Below, one piece after another: positions 34,341 to 42,604 of a DNA stretch of 64,000 nt. The translations under genes were made by a program, and so were the position numbers. This DNA is from an uncultured Gemmatimonadales bacterium (lineage in GTDB: Bacteria > Gemmatimonadota > Gemmatimonadetes > Gemmatimonadales > GWC2-71-9): NCBI GenBank assembly GCA_963795085.1, contig CAWCFX010000004.1:256001-320000 (forward strand), given 5' to 3'. Every line of letters starts with the position of its first letter. The first letter of the stretch is position 1. The notes under the pieces were generated by a model, which worked only from the letters and a program-made list of their open reading frames with translations, searched no databases and was not told the origin of the DNA.

Positions 34341-35690
34341 ATGGGCGTGATCCACCTCCAGACCGAGATCCCCGGCCCGGCCAGCCGTGCCCTGCTGGCC
34401 CGGCGGGAGCGCGCCGTGTCGCGGGCGGTGCCGGCGACCACCCCGCTGGCCATCGTGCAGGCCGACGGTGCGATGGTGACCGACGCCGACGGCAACCGGC
34501 TTATTGATTTCGGGGGCGGGATCGGCACCCTTAACATCGGCCACCGGCATCCCGGGGTCATTGCCGCCATCCGGGAGCAACTGGACCGCTATCTCCACCT
34601 GGCCTTTCCGGTGTCGACCTACGAACCCTACGTGGCCCTGGCCGAGCGGATGAACCGGGTGACCCCGGGCGCCCACGAGAAACGCACCCTCTTTCTCAAC
34701 AGCGGGGCGGAAGCGGTGGAGAACGCGGTCAAGGCGGCCCGCTTCTTCACCGGGCGGCAGGCCATCGTCTGCTTCGACCATGCCTTTCACGGGCGCACCA
34801 ACCTGGCCCTCGGCCTGACAGCCAAGGTGATGCCCTACAAGAAGGGATTCGGCCCGTTCGCGCCGGAGATTTACCGGATTCCCTTTCCGTACTGCTACCG
34901 CTGCCCGGTGGCGGTACGGCGGCCGGCGGGAACCGGTGAGGCCTGCTGCCAGGCCAGCCGGACGTACCTGGACCAGCTGTTCGCCGGCGGGGTTGATCCG
35001 GGTTCGGTGGCGGCCATCGTCATGGAACTGGAACTGGGCGAGGGCGGGTTCGTGCCGGCGCCTGCCGAGTACGTCCGGGAACTGGCCGGGTTCGCGAAGG
35101 CGAACGGCATCCTGTTCATCGCCGACGAAATCCAGACCGGTTTCGGCCGCACCGGCAGGATGTTCGCGTCCGAACACTATGGCCTGGTGCCGGACCTCAT
35201 CGTCACCGCAAAATCGCTGGCGGGCGGGTTGCCGCTGGCCGCGGTGACCGGCCGCGCCGACATCCTTGATGCGCCGCAGGTCGGCGGCCTCGGCGGCACT
35301 TACGGCGGTAATCCCCTGTCCTGCGCGGCGGCGATCGCCGTGCTCGACGCGATGGAATCGGAGCAGATTACCGAGCGGGGCGCCCGGGCAGGCCAGCGGA
35401 TCCGGGAGCGGTTCCAGCGCTGGGCGGCCACTGATCCCGGTATCGGCGACGTCCGGGGCCTCGGCGCAATGATGGCGCTGGAACTGGTGCGCGACCCGGT
35501 CACCCGGGAACCGGACAAGGAACGCACCGGCCGGGTGCTTACCGAAGCACTGTCGCGAGGCGTGATCCTCCTCTCGGCCGGGACCTTTGGCAACGTGATC
35601 CGGGTGCTGGTGCCCCTCACCGTGAGCGACGACATCCTGGAGGAAGGCCTGGCGGTCATGCAGCAGGCGCTGGAGGCCACGCGGGGATGA
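34341..35690 (+). CDS. gabT: 4-aminobutyrate aminotransferase (class III PLP enzyme)
   Basis: IDFGGGIG, NSGAEAVENAVK, AFHGRT, DEIQTGFGRTG, AKSLAGG and GGTYGGNP. Confidence 0.9.
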   Translation: MGVIHLQTEIPGPASRALLARRERAVSRAVPATTPLAIVQADGAMVTDADGNRLIDFGGGIGTLNIGHRHPGVIAAIREQLDRYLHLAFPVSTYEPYVALAERMNRVTPGAHEKRTLFLNSGAEAVENAVKAARFFTGRQAIVCFDHAFHGRTNLALGLTAKVMPYKKGFGPFAPEIYRIPFPYCYRCPVAVRRPAGTGEACCQASRTYLDQLFAGGVDPGSVAAIVMELELGEGGFVPAPAEYVRELAGFAKANGILFIADEIQTGFGRTGRMFASEHYGLVPDLIVTAKSLAGGLPLAAVTGRADILDAPQVGGLGGTYGGNPLSCAAAIAVLDAMESEQITERGARAGQRIRERFQRWAATDPGIGDVRGLGAMMALELVRDPVTREPDKERTGRVLTEALSRGVILLSAGTFGNVIRVLVPLTVSDDILEEGLAVMQQALEATRG

Positions 35691-36550
35691 AGAAGCTCCG
35701 GTTCTGGCACTACCTCAAGGCGGCCTTCAACGCACGGCCCTTCGGCATGCTGGTGCCGCCCAACTGGATCGGGCTGGCGCTGTTCGGCCTGCTGGGACTG
35801 ATGAACCCCGGCTTCTGGGTAATCGGGGCGGGACTGGAGCTGGGATACCTGGGCGTGCTGATCACCAGCGGCCGTTTCCAGCGCGCGGTCGCCGCGCGGC
35901 ACAACTCGGCCACAACCGACCAATGGGGCGGCCGGGTGGAGGAACTGGTGGGCCAGCTCAGCGAAGCCGACCAGCGGAAATACGTCGCCCTGCTGGCCCG
36001 CTGCCGCTCCATCCTCGAGCAGCAGGGCCAGGGCGCGGAAACGAGCCTGGTCCAGGGCCTGGAAAGCCAGAACACCAGCCTCAGCCGGCTGGCCTGGCTC
36101 TATCTCCGGCTGCTGCTGATGCGCCGGGCTATCGACAAGGTGCTGGTGGACGACGGCGACCCGGGGAACCGGCACCTTTCCGATCGGATCACCACGCTGG
36201 AAAAGCGGCTGGCCGACGAATCGATCGGCGAAGACCTGCGCCGGAGCCTGGGCGGTCAACTGGCGATCCTGCAGCAGCGGATGGCCCAGCGCACCGAAGG
36301 CGCGGAGAAGATGGCCTTCCTCGACGCCGAGCTGACCCGGATCCATGAGCAGGTGGAACTGATCCGGGAACAGGCGGTGCTGTCCACCGACCCGGACCTC
36401 CTGTCGCAGCGCATTGACGAGATCACGACGACGCTGGGCGGTACCTCCCAGTGGATCCGCGACCAGCAGCAGGTGTACGGCGTCCTGCAGGACCTGGCCG
36501 CCGAGCCTCCACTCCTACCGCTCCGATCCCGGGGCAAAGCGAGCCAGTGA
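35687..36550 (+). CDS. Membrane-anchored coiled-coil protein (2 N-terminal TM segments)
   Basis: Two hydrophobic segments followed by long heptad-rich helices. ATGA overlap with gabT and GTGA overlap with the AAA gene. Confidence 0.8.
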   Translation: MKKLRFWHYLKAAFNARPFGMLVPPNWIGLALFGLLGLMNPGFWVIGAGLELGYLGVLITSGRFQRAVAARHNSATTDQWGGRVEELVGQLSEADQRKYVALLARCRSILEQQGQGAETSLVQGLESQNTSLSRLAWLYLRLLLMRRAIDKVLVDDGDPGNRHLSDRITTLEKRLADESIGEDLRRSLGGQLAILQQRMAQRTEGAEKMAFLDAELTRIHEQVELIREQAVLSTDPDLLSQRIDEITTTLGGTSQWIRDQQQVYGVLQDLAAEPPLLPLRSRGKASQ

Positions 36551-38298
36551 CCACTCCGCCGCTTCCCGCGGGCGCTCCGAACGGGACCGCGCTGCCGCCC
36601 TGGGCCGCCGAAATGCGGGACCTGTTCCGGTCCGGCTCGGTGGCGCAGTTCATCGTGCACGGCAACATCTTCGATGTGGTTCCGGCGGGCGGCAAGTTGT
36701 ATCCGCTCAAGCGGTTCATGGAAGAAGTGATGTTCGAGGTGTACGACGTGGTGCTGACCTACGACCGGGGCCGGGGTATTCGCGCCGCCCGGGGCGGCGA
36801 GGACTGGGGCGACTGGCTCAAGGGCGCCGTCGGGATGGATGGCAGCATGCTGGCCCAGCTCCGGGAGCCGGGCCCGGCGCTGGAACTGCTCGACCGGTAC
36901 CTGCTCAGGTCGCTCAACCTCCAGGCGCTCAAAGGCGGCGCCAGCGGCGCGCCCCGGATCGCGGTGGTCATCGATTTCGCCGAGTTCGTGGTGCCCCGGG
37001 GAGACGCGCTGGCACTGGGAGGGCCGTTCAGCGCCAACGTCGTGAAGACCCTGGGCTGGGCCAACGATCCGGCGGTGCTGCAGTCGAACATCATCACCGT
37101 GCTGCTCACCGAGGAGGCGGGGGATCTCAATGAGCTGGTCATGGAGAATCCCCACCAGGCCACCCTGCGCATTCCGCTCCCGGGCGAAGCCGACATGCTG
37201 GAGTACGTGAACACGCTGGCCGCCACCCAGTTTCCGGAACTGGCCGCGAAGTCGGAGGTCCCGCTGGAGGTGCTGGCCCGGCGGCTCACCGGGTTGAGCC
37301 GGATCGGCGCTAGGACAGTGATCGCCCTGGCCCTGCGCAACCACCGCACGATTACGGCGGCCTGGCTGGCCCAGATGAAGAAACAAATGATCGAACGGGA
37401 GTGCCAGGGCCTGCTCGATTTCGTGGAGTCGCCGTTCACCCTGGATCATGTGGCCGGCCACGAGCCGGTCAAGGTCTGGCTCCGGGAGGATACCCTGCTA
37501 CTCAAGCGGGGCGCTCTCCATGCGCTGCCCATGGGGTACCTGATCACCGGCCGGATCGGGACCGGCAAGACCTTCCTGGTGCAGGCCTGGGCCGGGGAGC
37601 TGGGGATCCCCTGCGTGGTCTTCAAGAACTTTCGCGACCGCTGGGTGGGGGCCACCGAATCCAACCTGGAAAAGATCTTCGCGGTCCTCCGGGCGCTGGG
37701 CCAGGTCGTCGTTTTCGTGGACGAGGCCGATCAGGCGGCCGGCAAGCGGGAGGGCGGCGACGGGGACAGCGGGCTCTCCGGCCGGGTCTATTCCATGCTG
37801 GCCAAGGAGATGTCGGACACCCGGAACCGGGGGCGGATCATCTGGGTCTTCGCGACATCGCGCCCCGACCTGCTGGAGGTGGATCTCAAGCGGCAGGGCC
37901 GGCTCGACGTCCATATCCCGCTCTTCCCGCCCCAGACCCGGGACGAACGGCGTGCCCTGCTGCTCGCGGTCGCCCGCAAGCTCAAGGTCCCGGTGACGGA
38001 GGCTGACCTGCCGCCGCTGCCGGAGAACCAGGACCTGGGCGGCAACGAACTGGAAGGGATCCTGGTGCGGGCGCTCCGGGTCCTTGAGCTGGCCCCGGAG
38101 CCGCGGCCGCCGCTCAAGGACATCCTGGCCCAGGTGTTCAGCGAGGTGCGGCCCAGCGCCCATACCCGGAAACTGGAGTACATGGACCTCGTCGCGGTGA
38201 AGGAATGCACCGACGCCCGCTTCCTCCCCCTTCGCTACCGCGACATGGCGCCGGAGGAAATCGAGCGGCAGATTGATGAACTCCGGCGGTTTATCTGA
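36547..38298 (+). CDS. Classical-clade AAA+ ATPase with probable degenerate N-terminal AAA-like domain
   Basis: Walker A GRIGTGKT, pore loop RWVGATE, Walker B VVFVDEAD, sensor-1 FATSRPD and Arg fingers KRQGRLD. N-terminal IAVVIDFAE resembles a decayed Walker B. Confidence 0.9.
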   Translation: MTTPPLPAGAPNGTALPPWAAEMRDLFRSGSVAQFIVHGNIFDVVPAGGKLYPLKRFMEEVMFEVYDVVLTYDRGRGIRAARGGEDWGDWLKGAVGMDGSMLAQLREPGPALELLDRYLLRSLNLQALKGGASGAPRIAVVIDFAEFVVPRGDALALGGPFSANVVKTLGWANDPAVLQSNIITVLLTEEAGDLNELVMENPHQATLRIPLPGEADMLEYVNTLAATQFPELAAKSEVPLEVLARRLTGLSRIGARTVIALALRNHRTITAAWLAQMKKQMIERECQGLLDFVESPFTLDHVAGHEPVKVWLREDTLLLKRGALHALPMGYLITGRIGTGKTFLVQAWAGELGIPCVVFKNFRDRWVGATESNLEKIFAVLRALGQVVVFVDEADQAAGKREGGDGDSGLSGRVYSMLAKEMSDTRNRGRIIWVFATSRPDLLEVDLKRQGRLDVHIPLFPPQTRDERRALLLAVARKLKVPVTEADLPPLPENQDLGGNELEGILVRALRVLELAPEPRPPLKDILAQVFSEVRPSAHTRKLEYMDLVAVKECTDARFLPLRYRDMAPEEIERQIDELRRFI

Positions 38299-38356
38299 GG
38301 GGGCCGCCGCCCCCGGTCCACCCGTTTGCCCTTCTTAGCTCACAGGAGACTCTCTG

Positions 38357-39097
38357 ATGGCAATTTTCTCGAGGATCGGGCGCCTTTTCCGGGGCTTTGT
38401 CAGCCTGTTCATCAGCGGCATCGAGGAGCAGAACCCCGAGGCGCTGATGGAGGCGGCGAAACAGGATTTCCGCCAGAAGATGGTCCAGTACAACCTGGCC
38501 CTGGCCCGGATGGGGGGCGTGGCCGAGCGGCTCAAGAACCAGGTGAAGGGCAAGGTGATCCGGATCGGCGAGCTGGAGCGGCGGGTGATGGCCAATCACC
38601 AGGCCGGGAACCTCGAACTGGCGGGCAGCCTGGCCCGGGAACTCCAGGAACTCAAGACCGATGTCACGACCGATACTGACGAACTGAAGGAAACCGAGGA
38701 GGCGTACCAGGCCAACCTCCGGCAGGCCAAGGTGGCCCAGAAAGATTTCGAGGACAAGATCCGCCGGCTGGATAAGCAGCTCTCCCAGGTCAAGATCAAG
38801 GAAGCGCAGGCCGAGGCTGCGGCGGCCCTGGGGAACGCGGCCTTCAAAGTCGGCGATCTGGGCGATACGATGAAAACGGTCGAGGATGCGCTGCAGAAGC
38901 GGTACGAGGTCTCGGCCGGCAAGGCCCGCCTCGCGAAGGACCTGGTGGACATGGACCGGGTGCAGGAGAAAGAGGGCGAGCGTAAGGCGCTGGAACAGGC
39001 AGCCCTGGCCGACTTCCTGGCCTCCCAGGGCATCCAGGCCAGCGGGACCGCGGCGCCCCAGCCGACCGAGAAAGAGATCGGGCCGAAGGGAAGCTGA
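38357..39097 (+). CDS. pspA: PspA/IM30/Vipp1 family protein (ESCRT-III superfamily)
   Basis: Amphipathic N-terminal helix MAIFSRIGRLFRGFVSLFISGIE, then NPE and a long coiled-coil hairpin; 246 aa; RBS AGGAG. Confidence 0.85.
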   Translation: MAIFSRIGRLFRGFVSLFISGIEEQNPEALMEAAKQDFRQKMVQYNLALARMGGVAERLKNQVKGKVIRIGELERRVMANHQAGNLELAGSLARELQELKTDVTTDTDELKETEEAYQANLRQAKVAQKDFEDKIRRLDKQLSQVKIKEAQAEAAAALGNAAFKVGDLGDTMKTVEDALQKRYEVSAGKARLAKDLVDMDRVQEKEGERKALEQAALADFLASQGIQASGTAAPQPTEKEIGPKGS

Positions 39098-39158
39098 CGG
39101 GATGTCAGTCCGCTGATGTCAGATCGCAGAGTGAAACCATCCACGCCAGGAGCCTCCT

Positions 39159-40805
39159 GTGGCCGGTGAACCGCGGGTCACCCCGTTTGGCAAGCTGATC
39201 TCCCTTCTCCTCGTGCTCGGTGTAGTGGCGGTGGGGATCTACATGGTCAAGGGCAAGAGCGGGGGGTCTTCGTCCGGCGAGCGCGAGGAGAGCGGGCCCG
39301 CCGAAGTCGCGCAGCTGCAGGTGGAGGTGCCGCGGCTGGCGCCCCCGGCCGCCCACCAGCTCCAGGACAAGACCGTCCCCATCGAAATCAGCGAGTATGC
39401 CGGCTATGCCGGCCTGATCGCGGCCAACGGCGGCCTGGCGCCCAACGAGAACTCGGTCTTCTACCGGAACGGCGGGTTCAAGGTCCGGCTCACGGTGAGC
39501 GAGGAAGAGAGCTGGTCGGCGCTCAACTCGGGCGCCCTCGCCGGCTCGGTCACGACGGTGGACGTGCTGGCCGTCTATGGCCGCCAGTTCCAGGTCACGG
39601 TGCCGGCCCAGATCGGATACTCGCGCGGCGCCGACGGGCTGGTGGTCCGCAGCGAGATCGGTCGGGTCAACGCCCTCCGCGGCAAGGTGATCGCCGCGGC
39701 CCAGTTTACCGAGGTCGATTTCTTCATCCGCTACCTGGCCCAGGAGGCCGGGCTGGGCGTCAATGCGCTGCCCAGCCTGGACGCAACGCCGGATCCCACC
39801 CGGATCAACCTGGTTTACACCGAGGACGGCTTCAGCGCGGGCGACCTCTTCCTTCAGGACCTCACCTCGGGCGCCAACCGGCTGGCGGGCTGCGTCACCT
39901 GGGAGCCCAAGACCTCCGAAGTGGTAGAACGGAGCGGGGGGCAGGCCAGGGTCCTCACCACCAACAAGAACCTGCTGATCGTCGCCGACATCCTGGTGCT
40001 GAACCGCGGGTTCGCCGACCAGAACCCCCAGATTGTCGCCGGATTGGTCCGGGGACTGCTGGAAGGGAACCGCATGGTGCGGGATGACCCGGAAGCCCAC
40101 CTGGATGTGATTGCCCGCGCCTTCAAGTGGAGCCGGGAGGATGCCCGGAGCGAACTGGCCAAGGTCCACCTGTCCAACCTGCCGGAGAACCTGGCATTCT
40201 TCAGCGGAGCCATCGATGCGGCAGGCAGCTTCGGCGGTATTTACCAGTCGGCGGTGCTGGCCTATGGCTCCGGACTGATCAAGGACCCGGTGGACGCGGA
40301 GCGCTTCATGGACCTCGCCGCGCTCAACGCGGCGAAACAGTCCGGCGCCTTTGCCGAGCAGGCGGTCGCCATCGCGCCGATCCGGTCGGGAACCCGGGGC
40401 ACCGTCGAGACCGACCCGCTCCTGAGCAAGGACATCCGGTTCCTCTTTCAGCCCAACTCGTCGGTCCTCGACCTGGAGAACCAGGACAACCTGGCCAATC
40501 TGGACGCCATCAAGCGGCTGCTGCAGGTGAGCCCGGGATCCACCATCCTGCTCCGGGGCCATGTGGACAATGCCCTGGTCGCCCAGTTCCGGCAGCAGGG
40601 CGGCGAGTCCTTCGTGCGGCAGATGGCGCTCAAGGCGGTGGAACTGAGCAAGAACCGCGCGGCGGAGATCCGCCGGGTGCTCACCGAGCGGCTCCGGGTG
40701 GATCCCAAACGGCTGGAAGTAGTGGGCCGCGGCTGGGAAGAGCCAGCCGGCACCGACTCGGAGCAGAACCGGCGGGTCGAAGTGCAGTGGTTCACGGTCG
40801 AGTAG
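39159..40805 (+). CDS. Membrane-anchored substrate-binding protein (NMT1/SsuA-like) fused to a C-terminal OmpA-like peptidoglycan-binding domain
   Basis: N-terminal TM anchor; SRGADGLV, VTWEP and IVADILV in the SBP region; OmpA motifs RGHVDN, LSKNRA, GRGWEEP and NRRVEV. Confidence 0.85.
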   Translation: MAGEPRVTPFGKLISLLLVLGVVAVGIYMVKGKSGGSSSGEREESGPAEVAQLQVEVPRLAPPAAHQLQDKTVPIEISEYAGYAGLIAANGGLAPNENSVFYRNGGFKVRLTVSEEESWSALNSGALAGSVTTVDVLAVYGRQFQVTVPAQIGYSRGADGLVVRSEIGRVNALRGKVIAAAQFTEVDFFIRYLAQEAGLGVNALPSLDATPDPTRINLVYTEDGFSAGDLFLQDLTSGANRLAGCVTWEPKTSEVVERSGGQARVLTTNKNLLIVADILVLNRGFADQNPQIVAGLVRGLLEGNRMVRDDPEAHLDVIARAFKWSREDARSELAKVHLSNLPENLAFFSGAIDAAGSFGGIYQSAVLAYGSGLIKDPVDAERFMDLAALNAAKQSGAFAEQAVAIAPIRSGTRGTVETDPLLSKDIRFLFQPNSSVLDLENQDNLANLDAIKRLLQVSPGSTILLRGHVDNALVAQFRQQGGESFVRQMALKAVELSKNRAAEIRRVLTERLRVDPKRLEVVGRGWEEPAGTDSEQNRRVEVQWFTVE

Positions 40806-40819
40806 CGGGTGCCCGGTCC

Positions 40820-41190
40820 TGGCGGTCGCCCTCGTAAGCGCGTTGGAGCACCCGCGGACATCGTGATTGATCTCCGCCACCGCACTCACGGCCGATCCGG
40901 TGGGTGATCCGGTTGCCCTTCCGTTCGCCTCCGGTTGAGACCAGACGTCCCACCGGTTTCACGCCGCGTAGACAGAGACCCAGGCCACCCGGGCCTGGGT
41001 GGCCGGCTTCACCCGGGCAAAGACCCGGCGGCGGTACAGGGGCACGAGGGTTTTTACCGGCGACATGGTGACATCGGGCCCCAGCCCCAGGGCGACCGTC
41101 AGCAATGCATCGAGGATCGGCCGGAGCGCGGCCTCCTTTCCCGAGAACATCGCCTCTACCCGGGCGCGTCGAGGAGATACCGGGCCGCAT
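40820..41190 (-). pseudogene. Frameshifted remnant of a DUF5655-like protein gene
   Basis: One plausible protein can be read only by switching frame about four times: YLLDAPG / VEAMFSGKEAALRPILDALL...KTLVPLYRRRVFARVKPATQARV / LGLCLRGVKPVGRLVSTGGERKGNRITHRIG / VSAVAEINHDVR / VLQRAYEGD. Confidence 0.7.
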
Positions 41191-41299
41191 CCGCCGCGGT
41201 GCCCATCCGCCGAATGCCGGGATGCAGGGTGTACGGGTAAACAGGATCCATGCCGTCTCGCTGGATGATGTGTGCGCCTCCCCCGTCGGAGAGGACCGC

Positions 41300-42571
41300 G
41301 TGGCTTCCATCTGGCTCAAGGATATCGCCGCTACGGAGGAATCCGTGCCGCCCCTGCCGGCCCGCGCCGATGTGGTGGTGATCGGCGGCGGCTATACCGG
41401 CGTGGCCGCCGCGCTGGCGCTCGCCGCAGCGGGAGCGAGCGTAACGGTGCTGGACCGGGAGGCGATGGGCTTTGGGGCCAGCACCCGGAACGGGGGGTTC
41501 GTGCTTCCCGGGTTCAAGCGGGAGTACTCCGCGCTGCGGCGCGCCTGGGGCCAGGACGCGGCCCGGCGGCTCTTCCTGGAGTCCCTGGAATCCATCGTCT
41601 CGCTCGAGTCGCTCATCGCGGCAGAGTCCGTGGATTGCGATTTCCGGCGGGTGGGCCATATCACGCTCGCCGAAACGGCCGGCCAGCTACGGTCGCTCGA
41701 TACGGAGCGCACACTGCTCGCCGGTTCAGCCGGCCATGCCACGCACCTGTTGGAATCATCCGACCTGGGCCAGGAGATCGGGTCGCCGCGCTACCTCGGC
41801 GGGCTCCTCGATCCGGCGGCCGGTTCGCTGCACCCGGCCCGGTTGTTTGCCGGGCTGCTCCGGGCGGCGGTGCGGCGGGGGGCGGTCGCGCTGGCTCGAA
41901 CCGAGGCCACCCGGATCGAAGGGACTCCCGGCAAGTTCGTGGTCCATACAAGTCGCGGCCCGATTCCCGGCGCGCACGTGCTGGTCGCCACCAACGGGTA
42001 CAGCGGCCCGGTCCACCGGGGGTTTCGCCGCCGGGTGGTCCCCGTGGGCAGCCATATCATTGCCACCGCGCCGCTGGCCCCGGAGCTGGCCCGGGATCTC
42101 ATTCCACGCCAGCGCGTGCTGAGCGACAGCCGCCACCTGCTGCACTACTTCCGAATGTCGTACGATGGCCGGCTGATCTTCGGCGGCCGGGCGTCCTTCC
42201 GCACGGCGGGGGGAGAGTCGGACCCGGTGGCGGCCGCCGTCCTTCGCGAGGACATGGTGTCGGTGTTTCCCCAGCTTCACGGCTGTCCGGTCGAACGGAC
42301 CTGGTCGGGGAACGTGGCCTTTACCCGCGACCGGATGCCTCACCTGGGCCGGCTGGACGGGGTATATGCGGCGGGCGGGTATTGCGGACACGGGGTCGCC
42401 ATGGCCATATACCTTGGCACCCGGGCCGGGGAGCACCTTGCCCGCGGCGCTGCGCTTCCTTTCCTGAGCACCCTGAGTTTCCCGGCGGTGCCGCTCTACA
42501 CCGGCCGGCCCTGGTTTCTTCCCCTGGCCGGTGCCTGGTACCGGCTGCTGGATTGGACGGCGCGCCGCTGA
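41300..42571 (+). CDS. FAD-dependent oxidoreductase, DAO family (PuuB gamma-glutamylputrescine oxidase-like)
   Basis: DVVVIGGGYTG, GASTRNGG, LVATNGY and GYCGHGVA. GTG 41300 follows GGAGAGG. Confidence 0.85.
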   Translation: MASIWLKDIAATEESVPPLPARADVVVIGGGYTGVAAALALAAAGASVTVLDREAMGFGASTRNGGFVLPGFKREYSALRRAWGQDAARRLFLESLESIVSLESLIAAESVDCDFRRVGHITLAETAGQLRSLDTERTLLAGSAGHATHLLESSDLGQEIGSPRYLGGLLDPAAGSLHPARLFAGLLRAAVRRGAVALARTEATRIEGTPGKFVVHTSRGPIPGAHVLVATNGYSGPVHRGFRRRVVPVGSHIIATAPLAPELARDLIPRQRVLSDSRHLLHYFRMSYDGRLIFGGRASFRTAGGESDPVAAAVLREDMVSVFPQLHGCPVERTWSGNVAFTRDRMPHLGRLDGVYAAGGYCGHGVAMAIYLGTRAGEHLARGAALPFLSTLSFPAVPLYTGRPWFLPLAGAWYRLLDWTARR

Positions 42572-42604
42572 GAGCGGCACCAGGCCAACTCGATCGGGGA
42601 CATC

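Noticed and set aside
36547..38298. AAA ATPase as PspF, FtsH or a defence-system NTPase
   Set aside because: No GAFTGA loop or HTH, no TM or HExxH protease domain, and no adjacent nuclease or peptidase effector.
39105..40889. 594-aa minus-strand ORF
   Set aside because: Antisense to the SBP-OmpA gene; only its first ~12 codons belong to the pseudogene.
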